Of a stretch of DNA of 64,000 bases, positions 30,781-46,340 are shown piece by piece. The position numbers were made by a program, and so were the translations under genes. Positions within the stretch are counted from its first letter, which is position 1, and each line of letters starts with the position of its first letter. Source of the stretch: the human T2T-CHM13v2.0 reference genome, Homo sapiens; assembly GCF_009914755.1 (NCBI RefSeq), contig NC_060935.1; one strand, written 5' to 3'. The notes beneath the pieces were generated by a model, which made no database searches, had not been told where the DNA came from, and saw only the letters and a program-made list of their open reading frames with translations.

Positions 30781-33055
30781 GTTTTATCTTTATTCAAAAG
30801 ACCCTTCTTCCCCAAGGCCGAAATTTGTAATGAAAAAAAAAGTCTCTAGAACAAAGCAAAACAAAAAAACACCCAATGTATTTAACATTAAGTAGATCAT
30901 TGATACCTTTTTACTTAAAACACAGCTCAAATTAAATGAATTCAAATAAAATGAATTAATTGGATAAATATCTGCTACAGAAATTTTTCTAAAGATTGAA
31001 TACTATGATTTCTAACTGTTTTGGATTTGCAAAATCAGGTAAGTTTCTGTGACTTTCTCTTCTCCCCCAAATAGCACAAACCCATTTAAAATTATCTTGA
31101 GACATTCTGAGACTATAAAAACAGGAGTAGAATAATTTCCTCAATAGAATCTTTTTAAAGCTCAGATTATTTCTTGCTTTGAAAAGAAAATCTGTATATG
31201 AGAGTGCCACTAAAAAAAGTCCTAAAAACTTTGTGCATATAGTGTATGGAGGAAAGAGCTTGGGTTAAAGGCTAACATTCAAAAAAAAAAAAAAATGCCA
31301 AGTTTTCTTTTCACACCATCTATGTGTCTAGTCATCACTCAGACTCTCTTCGGTGTTAATACTGTTACAAAATGAGGATAATACCTATCCTCTCCCCCAC
31401 TGCTAAAAGAAAAAAATATTTTATAAAACTAAAGAGTCATAAAATATTCAATATTCATAGTACTAATGACACTAAAACAAGAAATTGATAGCTTAAAAAT
31501 GCTGATGAACTTGATTTTTAAAACACCATAAAGCTGCCCTGCTGCCCATAATGATGATGACATTTTCACGAAGGGCAGAGTGAGAAAACGCTACAATTCT
31601 CACTAGGATGATGACTAGTACTTATAGAAGATTAAAAATAAGAATGATATATTATGTAGAAGAGAAGTAAAGATGGAAGTATGAGTATGGCTCAGCACAC
31701 TACAGAGCACATGAATTTTAATTTGAAAAGTACTGGCAAGGCCTTGCATGCAGGCCCACACAAGTGCTTTTAAAAGCTTCATTACACTCTGCAGACATTT
31801 GCCCTTCATCAATTGCTTCCTATGCCAGGATTTCCTTTTTGAGTGTTGCAACCTAATATTCTTCACCCAGGCAACCACAGCCTATTTTGGAAAGGTTCCC
31901 TATTTCAGAAGCTTCAGTGCTGTTTCCATTTGGAAATACATCTTTATGAAAATATGTATCATCCTCAGAACAAAAATGCTTCAATATATTAAGTTTCAGC
32001 TGTAAGTGATATTTTTAGAAAAGTGGTAATTTCAGAATCTCTGCTTCAAAATTACAGAGTTGGTTTTTTTAAACGGAGTCACAAAGTAGAAAATTAAAAA
32101 GATATACCAATGAATAAAATCCTGTCTCCCCTTTTTCTTATCCCATTTCATTTAAAAATGTTTAAATTTATTTTCCATAGATTCTTAAAATCATTGAATT
32201 ATGCATACTGGTAAGAAATTTCATCCAATGTTCATCTTCATAAAAACCAAATAACTCAATGCAAAAGAGCTCTTAACAGTCAATTTTCTAAGAAATGGTC
32301 TGACATCACAGATGGTGTTTTCTATATAACAAAGTGAATCAATTTGAGATGTCTTGGACACTGTAAAAAACTTGTACTTTTGACCAAAGGAAATGGATTT
32401 CACTTTTAATAGATAAGAAATAAGAGACACTGGGGAGTAGGGAAGGGGTAGAGGAGAGAAGGAAGTCCTTGTTCTAAGATTATATTAAAAGCTACTTAAA
32501 ACATGTAAGTGACAATATTTCATAAACTGAAATATTTTATCAGTAGCTATGACAGAATATTCTCTATTCTTTTCTTCAACATAAAAGTTTTAAAGAACTG
32601 TGCTCATTTGACCTCTTATCAAACAAAAACTCACTTTTCTTCATATTGGTTTGCATAGCACAGACTATTACTTTTTCATAGCACTTAACTTTTACTGTGG
32701 ATGAGGGCTGTATCTGCCAGGCCTAGAATGCTTTCCATTGAACTGTCTCCTCAAGACTAAAGGACTCATCATCTAAAAGATGTCTTTGTAAAATACAGTT
32801 TATGCCTCCTGAAAATACCATCTCTCCCTCTCTCCCATTCACTACACACATACTTACATGTGTTCGAAATTTATTCCCCTTCTTTATCATGGCTACCCTC
32901 AAGAAAAAACACAGGGAAACAGATAAGCACTACACAACAAAGTTTACTTTTTCCCTTTACAATAATATTTGTCTCTTACTGCAAATGTCTCTGAATATGG
33001 AAAATGAGATTATGCAGTTAAATTTTAACACATGCATGTATACACCCAACTAATA

Positions 33056-33127
33056 CAGCAGTCCCCCACATCAGTAATTTCACTTTCTGCAGGCTCAGTT
33101 ACCAAGAGCAACCGCAGTCCAAAAATT
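33056..33127. mobile_element. MER44/Tigger7-like terminal fragment
   Basis: cagcagtcccccac...tttcactttctgcagg.tcagttacc...caaccgcagtccaaaaat. Confidence 0.6.
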
Positions 33128-33385
33128 CAGGTTGAGCATCTTTAATCTGAAAAATCTGAAATCCAAAATGCTCCAAAATCCAAAACTTTTTGAGCACTGA
33201 CGTGATGCCACAACTGGAAAACTTCACACCTGACCTCAAGTGATAGATCATAGTCAACATGCAGTCAAAACTTTGTTTCATGTACAAAATGATGTAAAAT
33301 ATTGTATAAAATTTATACAAATTTATGCTTGGGACCAGAAGTGTTTCAGATTTTGAGATTTTTCAGACTGTAGAATATTTGCACA
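33128..33385. mobile_element. Tigger4/MER46-family element, rearranged
   Basis: caggttgagcatc...aatccaaaatgctccaaaatccaaaactttttgagcactgac, then tgcttgggaccagaagtgtttcagatttt. Confidence 0.8.
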
Positions 33386-34612
33386 ATATATTAACGCCTT
33401 GTATATACCAAATAATCTTAGGCAGTTGCTTTTTCTGGTTGAAGGTTTCAAGATAATAAGAAAAGCAAAAACCTCATTTGCAATATTAACTTAATTAATG
33501 GGCACCAAATGTTCAGACCTTCCTGTTCTGACTTATAAAACAGGTTATTTTGACTCCATTAGCAAATGCCCCTGATTATTCTCAGCTTTTTATTACATAC
33601 TAGGTAAATGAAACTATCAACGATCCTTTTACTAAGAAATGTGAACTGCCTTATACTGGAATAGTTAAATAAACATTAGGGGAACCATCAGCACCAACTA
33701 CTTACTCCCTATGAGCAATGAATAAAAGAATAATATTTGTAGCACAATTAAGCTTCCATAGCTCAAGACGGATCATCCCACCAATTCTGAAACAATTTAC
33801 TCTAGCTGTATGAATCTGATCATAAAGAAAAAAGAAACACTTCTAATGAAATGTGGAAATGCTTTTTTTGCATGTGAATCGTATTCATTTCTTTAAAAAA
33901 CTTCAACTTCAGAACTCTCAAGAACAGTAAGAAAAATAAAACATACAATTTTAAAAGTTTATTTGGAGCCTACAAATGCCTGTGGAAAAGCACAATTTTA
34001 AACTTTGAAAATGGGCTGGTCTAATATAAAACAGTCTTTGTAGATAAAAAATAATTCAAATTCAGACAAGAGAGAATTAAAGAATTAGGATGTTCACTGT
34101 TATTTTACATTTACGATTAAAGAACCAGATTAACTGACAAGTAGATCACTGTTGACATAGTTCCTATAAATAAGAGCCAAATGATTTTAAAATTAAATGT
34201 TATAAACTTCATGCTTTAAAAAATGTGTACTCCCAATTTTCATTTGTTTTCCAATGCTTCCAGAAGCCCAAACAAGAATTATTTTAATAGGGCAAAAAAC
34301 CATGAGAAATCAGTAAATTCTTAATCTTTCGGTTGTATATACAATTAGGGCAAAGGCTAAGTCAAATCCAGAATTAATAAGCACCTAACGAAATATTGCA
34401 ACTTGTTATAGTTCTTTAGTTTGAATAAATCTGCCCTCAGTGTTCTATCTTCCTAAACTTTCTGAATAACCTCCACAAATCACGCTATATAAATAACAAG
34501 GAGTCTAAAAGTTTACTGCCACATTCACTCTCTAAAGATACTAAAATCAGTTCATCTACACAGGCAGCTGTCTGCCTGAGCTAGAGGATGAAGTTATGCC
34601 TTAATGAACTAA

Positions 34613-34625
34613 CGCCATCTAGTGG
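34613..34625 (-). promoter_or_regulatory. CTCF core motif
   Basis: Minus strand CCACTAGATGGCG is a full match to CCASYAGRKGGCR, in non-repeat DNA. Confidence 0.6.
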
Positions 34626-35299
34626 GATCAGTGAGATTTCAGCTGAAACTAGTTTACAACAGGTTACTACAATCTATTCAGCTGGTCAAATGTCTTATTT
34701 AAAAAGATACACTTGTATTAAGTATTGAACTGTCTTAAACGCCTATTAGAATGTGATATACTTGCCTACAATAAAAATGGCACAAAAATATTTTAAGACC
34801 AACAACCCTCCCTTGGAATAATATTTCTATTCTTTCCTTCAAAGGCACAAAATACAAATCAACAGGTACTAACAATATGTATTTTCAAAGATCTCAGAAA
34901 ATGCAAAGTCAAAGTCAGAACAACAGTCAGTAAAATTTAAAGATAACAATAACAAGAGCTATTATTTACTTATTAAGTGCCTAGCATATGCCACACACTT
35001 CACAGTTTTAATCTTTAGAGCGTTCCTGCAAGCTCGTTTTACAGGTGATTTCCCATTACAAAAACACTTAAATATAGAGTGACTAACTTAAAAAGTGATC
35101 TTTCTTCCCTCCAACCAACCATAACGTGACGAGACATCTATCAACACTAGCTCACTGCATACCTACCATGTGTTCAAAAACATGCAAAGTGATAGTGAGG
35201 TTCTAAGAGATGAGAAAAGGGCCCCCTGTCTTTTCAAGGAATCCAGGTAGCGCTGAAGCCAGGAATCTGTGGCACTTTACAGAAGATACTTCCATCTAC

Positions 35300-35611
35300 C
35301 TTTTTTCTTCTTCTTCTTTTTTTTTTTTTCGAGATGGAGTTTCACTCTTGTCCAGGCTGGGGTGCAATGGCGTGATCTTGGCTCGCTGCAACCTCCACCT
35401 CCCAAGTTCAAGTGATTCTCCTGTCTCAGCCTCCTGAGTAGCTGGGTTTACAGGTGCCCACGACCATGTCCAGCTTATTTTTGTATTTTTAGTAGAGATG
35501 GGGTTTCACCCTGTTGCCCAGGCTGGTCTCGAACTCCTGACCTCAGGTGATTCGCCTGCTGTGGCCTCCCAAAGTGCTGGGTATTACAGGTGTGAGCCAC
35601 CGTGCCCGGCC
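35300..35611 (-). mobile_element. AluS
   Basis: TSD ccatcta(c/t)ctttt. Confidence 0.9.
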
Positions 35612-36878
35612 CCATCTATCTTTTATGATAGTTTTACTGTTAATTTTATTCACATTAAAAATAAACTGCTAGCATGAATATTAAATCCGTCATTTTAAAA
35701 TTTAGTTACATTAATTTAAATCAAAAAACGATGTGAAAGAAGTGAGATGTGTACCCTTTACATAACCTAACAATGGACATATTCTTTCTTTAATTTCCAT
35801 TAATATGACTTATTTTTATCATTTTCAAATTTTAGAACAAGGGACTTTTCCATCTTACTCCTAAGTGGAATGTCAGAGTCTTTAAAAAGGTACAGGATCT
35901 ATCACAATAATCCGTGTTGTTATGTTATTTTCATTTTTAATCGCATATCTGCTTCTTCTTTTTCTGTCTGTACTTGGGATTACCATGCTCCAGATAAGAA
36001 CAGAAGGGTACTAAAGTAAAATGTGTTTAATGTTGTTCTACCCACCAACTGGTAGGTGAAAATTAACACGAAGTGAAGTTCAGAAAGTAACCTGCAAACT
36101 ATCCCATTTTCTATTTGGGAATGTTAACTTTAACATTTCAGCACCTTCCCCTACAATGTGTATTTGTTTACTCACATACGCCCATACACTCTATCATGTG
36201 AAATCCTAGACTAATCCATAATGTTCAGATGATAACTCAATAAAATCTCAAAACATTTGTGAGGTCTTCAATTGAAATTTTCCTGTGTGTGTGTCCTTAT
36301 TAAAGAAAATACAGAGCAGAGTTCCACACTGTGAAGCATATCCGGGACACTATGGACCACATATGGCCTGGGTTCTGAAAAGATGAGCTAAACTTAATCA
36401 AAATTCCTCTCTTGCTTTCCTGAAGGACTCAGGAAATGGGCAGCATACATCTCATCTTGACCCAGATTTGCTTCAGTAGAGAAGTGCCAATGTCTTGAAA
36501 GCTACTCCATGGGTCAAAGGTAGAAGACGGGAAAAGAGTCTGCTTTGATTGGCTGTCAAATTTACCTGTATATCTAGCAAAGGAAGAGAAATGGCAAGAT
36601 ATGGTGGAAATGTGACTCGGTTTTGTGTATGAAAACCTGGTGCTGCTGGACAAGTCACACTCTCTGAGTTCCAGTATATTCATTTATAAAATAAAAGGAA
36701 AATAATAATATATGTTTTACATATCTCATATAAATAAATCTGAATATAATTTTTGTTAGATTTAAGTAAATAAATGTAAATTCAACTGCAAAATGCTATG
36801 TTTGCAACTGTAAAATGTGAATGCAACTACAAAATAATCTTGTCAACCCTATCCACTCCCATTCCACTACTTATTTGA

Positions 36879-37418
<540 letters not shown>

Positions 37419-37489
37419 TAGAATGATCTGTGAAACCCTATTATACCAAGTGTCTGAACCATACAATTTAACATCTAAACATGTAACGA

Positions 37490-37745
37490 TAATAGCAGCT
37501 GCACACATTTATTATAGTACTTACTATAAGGCAAGCACAGTTCTAAGCACGCTATGTATTACATAATTTAATCTTCAAAGCAATCCTAGGAGATATGTAC
37601 TATATAGTATGCTATTTTACAGATGGAGAAACTAAAGCACAGAAAAGTAACTTTCCAACATTCCAAAAGTAGCAAATAGCAGAGCCAGAGCAGACTTCCA
37701 ACTTGGGCAGTTTGGCTACAGAGCCCATCCACTTAGTCACTGCAC
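37490..37745 (-). mobile_element. MIR
   Basis: cacagttctaagcac...attttacagatggagaaactaaagcacagaaaagtaact. Confidence 0.75.
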
Positions 37746-38349
37746 AATACAATTAATATAATTCTGCTCGTTCATTGTTTTATGTGTTCTGCTTTGTCTT
37801 TTGGTCCAGAATGTGTGGTTACTCAGGATAACAGTCATTTCATCTGGTATAACTCTTTCATCACCTTGCATTTTTCTGGCTTACACAATTAGGTGCTAAG
37901 TGTTTCCTTGAAACAGATAAAGGGGCCGTCAGTCACTTTACAGTATTTTCATTAAATAAGTATCCTAATTTGTTCAGCTTCTAACAAAAGATTATTCCTG
38001 CTTCTATCCCAGAATCAAAAATTTTGGGGAAGTCTGAGGAACATTCATTTAGTTGCTTAACCATATCATACTAAAAGAAAGGGGAGAAAAATATGCCAAG
38101 TTTGAGAGTTACTGCAGGAATGAGAACAATCATTTAAAGACAAAAACTAAAGCTCTCTCCTGATATACACTCATGAAGCAGTCTCCTGGGCATTTCTAAA
38201 GAAAATTAATAATGGAGATTTAATAATTCAATGATTAAGTCACCTGAGACCAGGAACAGTCCAAAATACACAACTATTTTTAAAATGTCAGCATTTTGTA
38301 AATATAACTGACATTACAGTTAACAAAGGCTTTTCTCTTAAATACATTA

Positions 38350-38510
38350 TGTTACTTATACCTCGCAACAATCTTGTGAAGATACTTTACAGAAGAATAA
38401 CATGAAACTCAAGGAGATTTAGTAATTTGTCTAAAATTATACAGTTAAGTGGCAAAGCCAGAAACCAAATCTTTGTTTCCTGACTCTAATGCCTGAATTT
38501 CTTTCTGCTT
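38350..38510 (-). mobile_element. MIR fragment
   Basis: tttacagaag...agatttagtaatttgtctaaaattatacagttaagtggcaaagccag. Confidence 0.55.
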
Positions 38511-39203
38511 TACGACATTGTTTGGGAATAGTGGTATGAATAACTCAAAATTAAATTATATTTGGCACCGGAGTATGCTTTTTGGGTTCTCTTCTTTTGG
38601 TAATTCATAATACTGCAAGTCAACAATCACAAAACAAAACAATCTTGGCTGTGGAAGAAATAACAGGTTTTCTAAGCCAGCGTGCAAAGCCTTGACCCAC
38701 AGAAGTTAGAGAAGAACAAGGAAAAAGATATATGTATTTCTGTGCCTCTCTTTTCCCCTTATCTTGGAAATTCACTGTGTCTCTCCCTGACTAACTCTAC
38801 ACCCCTACCCAGTGGACTGAGGATAATAATGATCAGTTCATTCATAAGTCTGAATTGTTGGGGGCAATTAAAGTAACCAGGCAGTGAACAGCATCATACC
38901 AGCTCCTTTCTCTCCTACTATAATAAATAAGCATGATCAAGTCTCCTCTGTATAAAAAACTTTCTCTTTCTCTCTCTCTCTCACACACACACACCCCTCT
39001 CAAAAAAGTGATCAACAGAAAACAGGCATCTGCTTAATTATAGTTCCCTTTCCCCTTTATCACAAAACTTCTTAAAGGAGTTACTGGACTCTTTGATCTT
39101 GCCACTAGATCGTGAACTCCTTGAGGGAAAGAATTAACCGTTTTAATTTGTAACTTCACTTTTTAGCCTGGCTAGTGGTAGGGTGTATAAAAGTGTTCAA
39201 TGA

Positions 39204-39569
<366 letters not shown>

Positions 39570-40469
39570 CTAGGATTTCAAGACATGTCCCACTTGGTGG
39601 TACTAAGCACTGCTTTTCATTTCTAAATTCAAGAAACAGTTTTGGTTTAGGTCCTTTCTCTTTTCTGACTCCCGCAGAATACAGATGTTCTTTCAAGCAA
39701 TGTATTTAGCTAACAAAAGTTCCCTAAAGCAAAATAGTGGATGTCCATGAGCTTGGCAGAGGGGAATTTTACGAGTTTTTATTTACTGCTTGATTGCAAA
39801 GATAAAAAAATCACTCTTAACTCTTACCTTCTTTTTATTCTCTCTATGCAACACAACAAAACAAAAAGAGCAAAAACTTCTTTAGTGTAACATTAATTTT
39901 AAAACATTAGGCACAAAAATTAGAAGCAACCTGCACACTCTAGGTCCTTCACTCTATCTAGATTTCCAGATGACTATCACCTTCTTTACTTCCTGTCCAT
40001 CCTGGGACCCATGATAAACCACTTCTACTATGTTCTCCCTCACACTAGACCCCTTTTCCTTTTTACCTTCATAATCCCTAGTCCTGAGCTGTTCATTACT
40101 ACCGGAAAGAATCCTTCAACCAGGCCAAAGGCTCTGCCTGAAGTTCATGCCATCTTTACCCTAACCTTCTAATCATCCATGTGTGATCATCTATCCATTT
40201 CCCTCAGAAAGTATTCAAATCTTTGTCTTTCCTGACCTCTTTGTGCAGCTGCACTATTACTGACCATGCTCTTCTTGGGCCTCTCTGCTTTCCTGTCACC
40301 ATCTGCTTAATTCTCTTTCTCTTGGCCCAGAAAGCTCCTTCTTAGACCCTTTTATATTCAGATGCTTTTCAAGTTTCTGTCCAGGCCTTCTTTGTTTCCT
40401 CCCTATAGTCATTCCCTGGATAACAACATTCAGTCTCAATGAAGCAATTATCTCCACAAACAGTGAAGG

Positions 40470-40670
40470 ACCACACACCTTGGACAGAATTCTGGCCCTC
40501 ATCACTAGCTATTTGGTCTTACGCAAGTTAACTCACGACAGTCTCTGTTTATTCACCTCTTAAATGGAGATAAAAGTAGCTACCTCAAAGGGCTGTGAAG
40601 ATTAAATGAGGTAACATATATCAATATAAAGTACCTAGCACAGTGCCTAGAACATAGTAGAGGTAAGTAA
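40470..40670 (+). mobile_element. MIR inside L2-like sequence
   Basis: gtagctacctcaaagggctgtgaagattaaatgag...tagcacagtgcctagaacatagta. Confidence 0.7.
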
Positions 40671-40954
40671 ATCTATATCTCTAGTGCTGGCCTCTCCTGC
40701 AACCCTACACCCACATTTCTAATTCTATCTTAATATCCCACCAACAACTCAAATCTGGCCTGCTTAAGGCCAAACTCATTGTCTTCCCTCTCTTGCAGTT
40801 TCTCATCTTAATGATACCCTAAGAGCTCATGCTGGGATTTCTAAGCATGTTTACTTCATCACATCCCCCCAACTCTTTACATCTAATTAGTCTTTGCACT
40901 GTCTTGTACTTCTGTCCTGCTGCTGTACTTCAGTCCTCATAGGGGAAAATTTAC

Positions 40955-41526
40955 CATCAGTCCCCCTTATCCTTGGGGAGTATGTTCCAAGTCCCCCAGT
41001 GGATGCTTGAAACTGCAGATAGTACTGAACCCTATATATACTATGTTTTTTCCTATATATTCACACCTATGATAAAGTTTAATCTGTAAGTTAAACTTAT
41101 TTAAACCCGGTTAAACTGGGTATTAGTATATACCCAGTAATGGGATTGATGGGTAAGAGATTAACAACACCTCATAATAACACAATATTATATACTATAA
41201 TAATGTGAGATGAGTGGCATAGGCACTGTGAATAGAAAATTCCAGAAAAAATAATCCATAAGTTTTAAACTGCACGCTTAGAGTAGCCTGACGAAATCTC
41301 TCCCTGTCCCACCCCTTCCTACCCAGACTGCCATTGGTCACTTAGTAGCTATCTCGGTTATCAGATCAACTGTGGCAGTATCACAGTGCTGTGTTCAAGT
41401 AACCCTTATTTTACTTAATAATGGCCCCAAAGCGAAAGAGTAGTGATGTAATATTTTTGGGCCTCAGCTGACCGTGAGTAACTAAAGCCACAGAAATGGA
41501 AACTGCAGGTAAGTGGGGGAGTACTG
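40955..41526. mobile_element. MER44/Tigger7-family element with internal rearrangements
   Basis: TIR-like ends cagtcccccttatcc and taagtgggggagtactg; internal ttccaagtcccccagtggatgcttgaaactgcagatagtactgaacc. Confidence 0.8.
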
Positions 41527-41994
41527 TGTAATGTCTTCCTAACTGATCTCTCCCCATCTAAAGTAGACACAGTCATGTGTTGCTTAATAACAGGGATATG
41601 TCCTGAGAAATGCATCCTTAGGTCATTTCATTGCTGTGCGAACATCATACAATGTACTTAAACAAACTTAGATGGTACAGCCTACTACACACCTAGGCTA
41701 TATGGTAATAGCCTATTGCTTATGGGCTAAACCTAGGAGCAGGTTACTGTACTGAATACCATAGGTAACAATGGTAAGTATTTGTGTATCTAAATATATC
41801 TAAAAATGGAAAAACTACAGTAAAAATACACTACGAAAGATGAAAAACGGTAAACCAGCTTGCAGGACTGGTAGTTGTACTGGGTGAGTCAGTGAATGAG
41901 TGGTTAGTAAATGTGAAAGCCTAACACATTACTATACACTACTCTAGACTTTATAATACCGTATACTTAGGCTACGCTAATTTTAATTTCTTTG

Positions 41995-43472
<1,478 letters not shown>

Positions 43473-43892
43473 TTTTAAAAATTTATTTCTTCAATAATAA
43501 ATTAACCTTAGCTTAGTGTAATTTTTTTGCTTTATAAAGTTTAATTTTTAAACTTTTTGACTCTTTGTAATAACAGCTTAAAACACATTGTACAGTTGTA
43601 TAAAAATACTTTTTTTATCCTTATGTTTTAAGTTTTCTATTTTTAAATATTTAAATTTTTTGTAACTTTTTAAGCATTTTAATTAAAAACAAAGACACAA
43701 ACACACACATTAGCCTAGGCCTACACAGGGTCACAATCATCAATATTACTGTCTTTTACCTCTATACCTTATCCCACTGGAAGGTCTTCACAGACAACAA
43801 CATCCATGGAGCTGTCATCTTCTATGGTAACAATGCCTTCGTCTGAAATACCTCCTGAAGGACCTGCCCGAGGCTATTGCTGTTTTACAGTC

Positions 43893-43938
<46 letters not shown>
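43893..43938. repeat. (ATCT)n tetranucleotide, about 11 units
   Basis: Perfect run inside Tigger3. Confidence 0.97.
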
Positions 43939-44972
43939 GCAGAAGGAGTATATTTTAAAGTAGTGATAAAAAGTAAACACATAAACTGATAACACAGTCA
44001 TTTATTATTATCAAATATGTACTGTACATAATTGTATGTGCTATAGTTTTATATGACTGGCAGCACAGTAGGTTTGTTTACACCAGCATCACCACAAACA
44101 TGAGTAATGTATTACGCTACCAAGTAGTTATGATGGCTACTAAGCAACAGAAAATTTTTAGCTCCACTATAATCTTATGGGACCACCATCATATATGTGG
44201 TCTGTTGTTGACCTAAATGTCTTTGTGTGACTGTAGATCCTTTTGCTAGTAGAACAATCTTTCTCAAAAAGGGATATCACCATGTCATTTCATGACTCAA
44301 AATTTCCCAGAGTCTTCTCCCTAAACTCTTAGGTAAGGCATTTAAGGCCCTTAACAACTATACTTCGCCTCCCATTATATCCATTCCTTCAACCACTCTG
44401 AATTATCTGCTATTTCCAGAACTCAAAATGCTTTTTCCTGCCTCTGTACCTTTGCCTTTGCTTAAATTATTCCCTCTCTCATGCAACACCTTTCCTACCT
44501 GTCCAAACCTTACCCATTCTAGAAGACCTAGATCAAACACCATTTCTTACATAAACCCTTCCCTAATCCCCTACTCAGGATTAATATCTCCCTTCTCTAT
44601 ATTCAAAGAGCACCCGTGTACAACTTTAAAATGGCACATGACATAATCTATTTTACACTGCAATTTGTAGCTTATGTTTTTCTCCTCTACTATACTGCCA
44701 GCACCTTAAGAACATGGGGAGACTAGGTCTTGCTGATTTTATAGCCCACTACCTGGAGCTTGGCAGCCCTCAGAAATGTTTGGTAAACTGAACTGAATCA
44801 TTACATGATTCTATCATCTAGAATGCAGACCTATAGCACTTAAAAATTAAACAGACACGACCTCAACCAATGATCAAAATTTGTATCAGCAATTCTGGGG
44901 CAAATCAACATGATGTGCCCTGATGTGATGAAGTCACAAGGTAGTGTTCTTACTAAAAATGTTTAACCTGGA

Positions 44973-45271
44973 TTTTTTTTTTTTTAATTGAGATGGAGTC
45001 TCACTCTGTCACCCAGGCTGGAGTGCAGTGGCGTGATTTTGGCTCACTGAAACCTCTGCCTCCCAGGTTCCAGCGATTCTCCTGCCTCAGCCTCCTGAGT
45101 TGCTGGGATTACAGGCATGTGCCACCACACCCAGCTAATTTTTGTATTTTTAGCAGAGACGGGGTTTCTCCACATTGGTCAGTCTGGTCTCAAACTCCCG
45201 ACCTCAGGTGATCCGCTCGCCTCAGCCTCCCAGAGTGCTGGGATTACAGGCGTGAGCCACCACGCCCGGCC
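44973..45271 (-). mobile_element. AluS
   Basis: Full dimer; no obvious TSD. Confidence 0.9.
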
Positions 45272-45969
45272 TACATCTATTAATTTTTAACAGGCATATT
45301 TGCTATCTTCTCATAGTTCTAGCAAAGGAAAAAATCAGATTTGTTTTTTTAGCACTCAGAACGACTAAAGAAGTAGGAGATACTAAAGTATATTGAAAGC
45401 TAACAAGACTGTAAACTACTCTTTGCAAATACTAGTTGGATGTGTTCTTTTCTTGCTTTGGGTGTGTGGACTGATAACACTCTGTCTCCCTGTGGTGGTA
45501 GGAAGCTATTTGTAAGCTGAAACTCCTGACAAGGAAGAGCTCCATATTTATAAGTTACAGTTCAGGATTTGCCCTTAAGGGGGAAAAAAAAAAAACACCT
45601 CCCTCATCTCCTCAAAAAAACCAAACTGGAAAAGAAGTCATTATCTTTACTCACTATAATATTTTCTTCCAAATTTCTACAAAATTAACAAAGATTACAT
45701 AAATCAAATGCAAATGATTTTGTCCCTAAAAACTGTTCTTGATAAATATGTAGACTGATAGGAAAAACTAATCTTTCCCCTAGAAATAAACCAAGGTTCC
45801 ACAGAAAAGGCTATCAAACAGCAAAGCACAGTGTAAATAGCCACCCAAATTGCTCTTATTACTTTGCCTTTTCAACTCTGTAATCTCAATTGGAACACAA
45901 AATGAAAATTTATTATTTTGGTTAAATTCATTACTCTAACTAGCTGTAGGGGTTAAAAAATGTGTCCTA

Positions 45970-46340
<371 letters not shown>

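Noticed and set aside
31500-31620. ATGATGA boxes suggestive of a C/D snoRNA
   Set aside because: Antisense to the host transcript, with no properly placed downstream CTGA D box or terminal stem.
36783-36835. Three degenerate caact..aaaat units
   Set aside because: Short degenerate tandem repeat in AT-rich DNA; not array-like.
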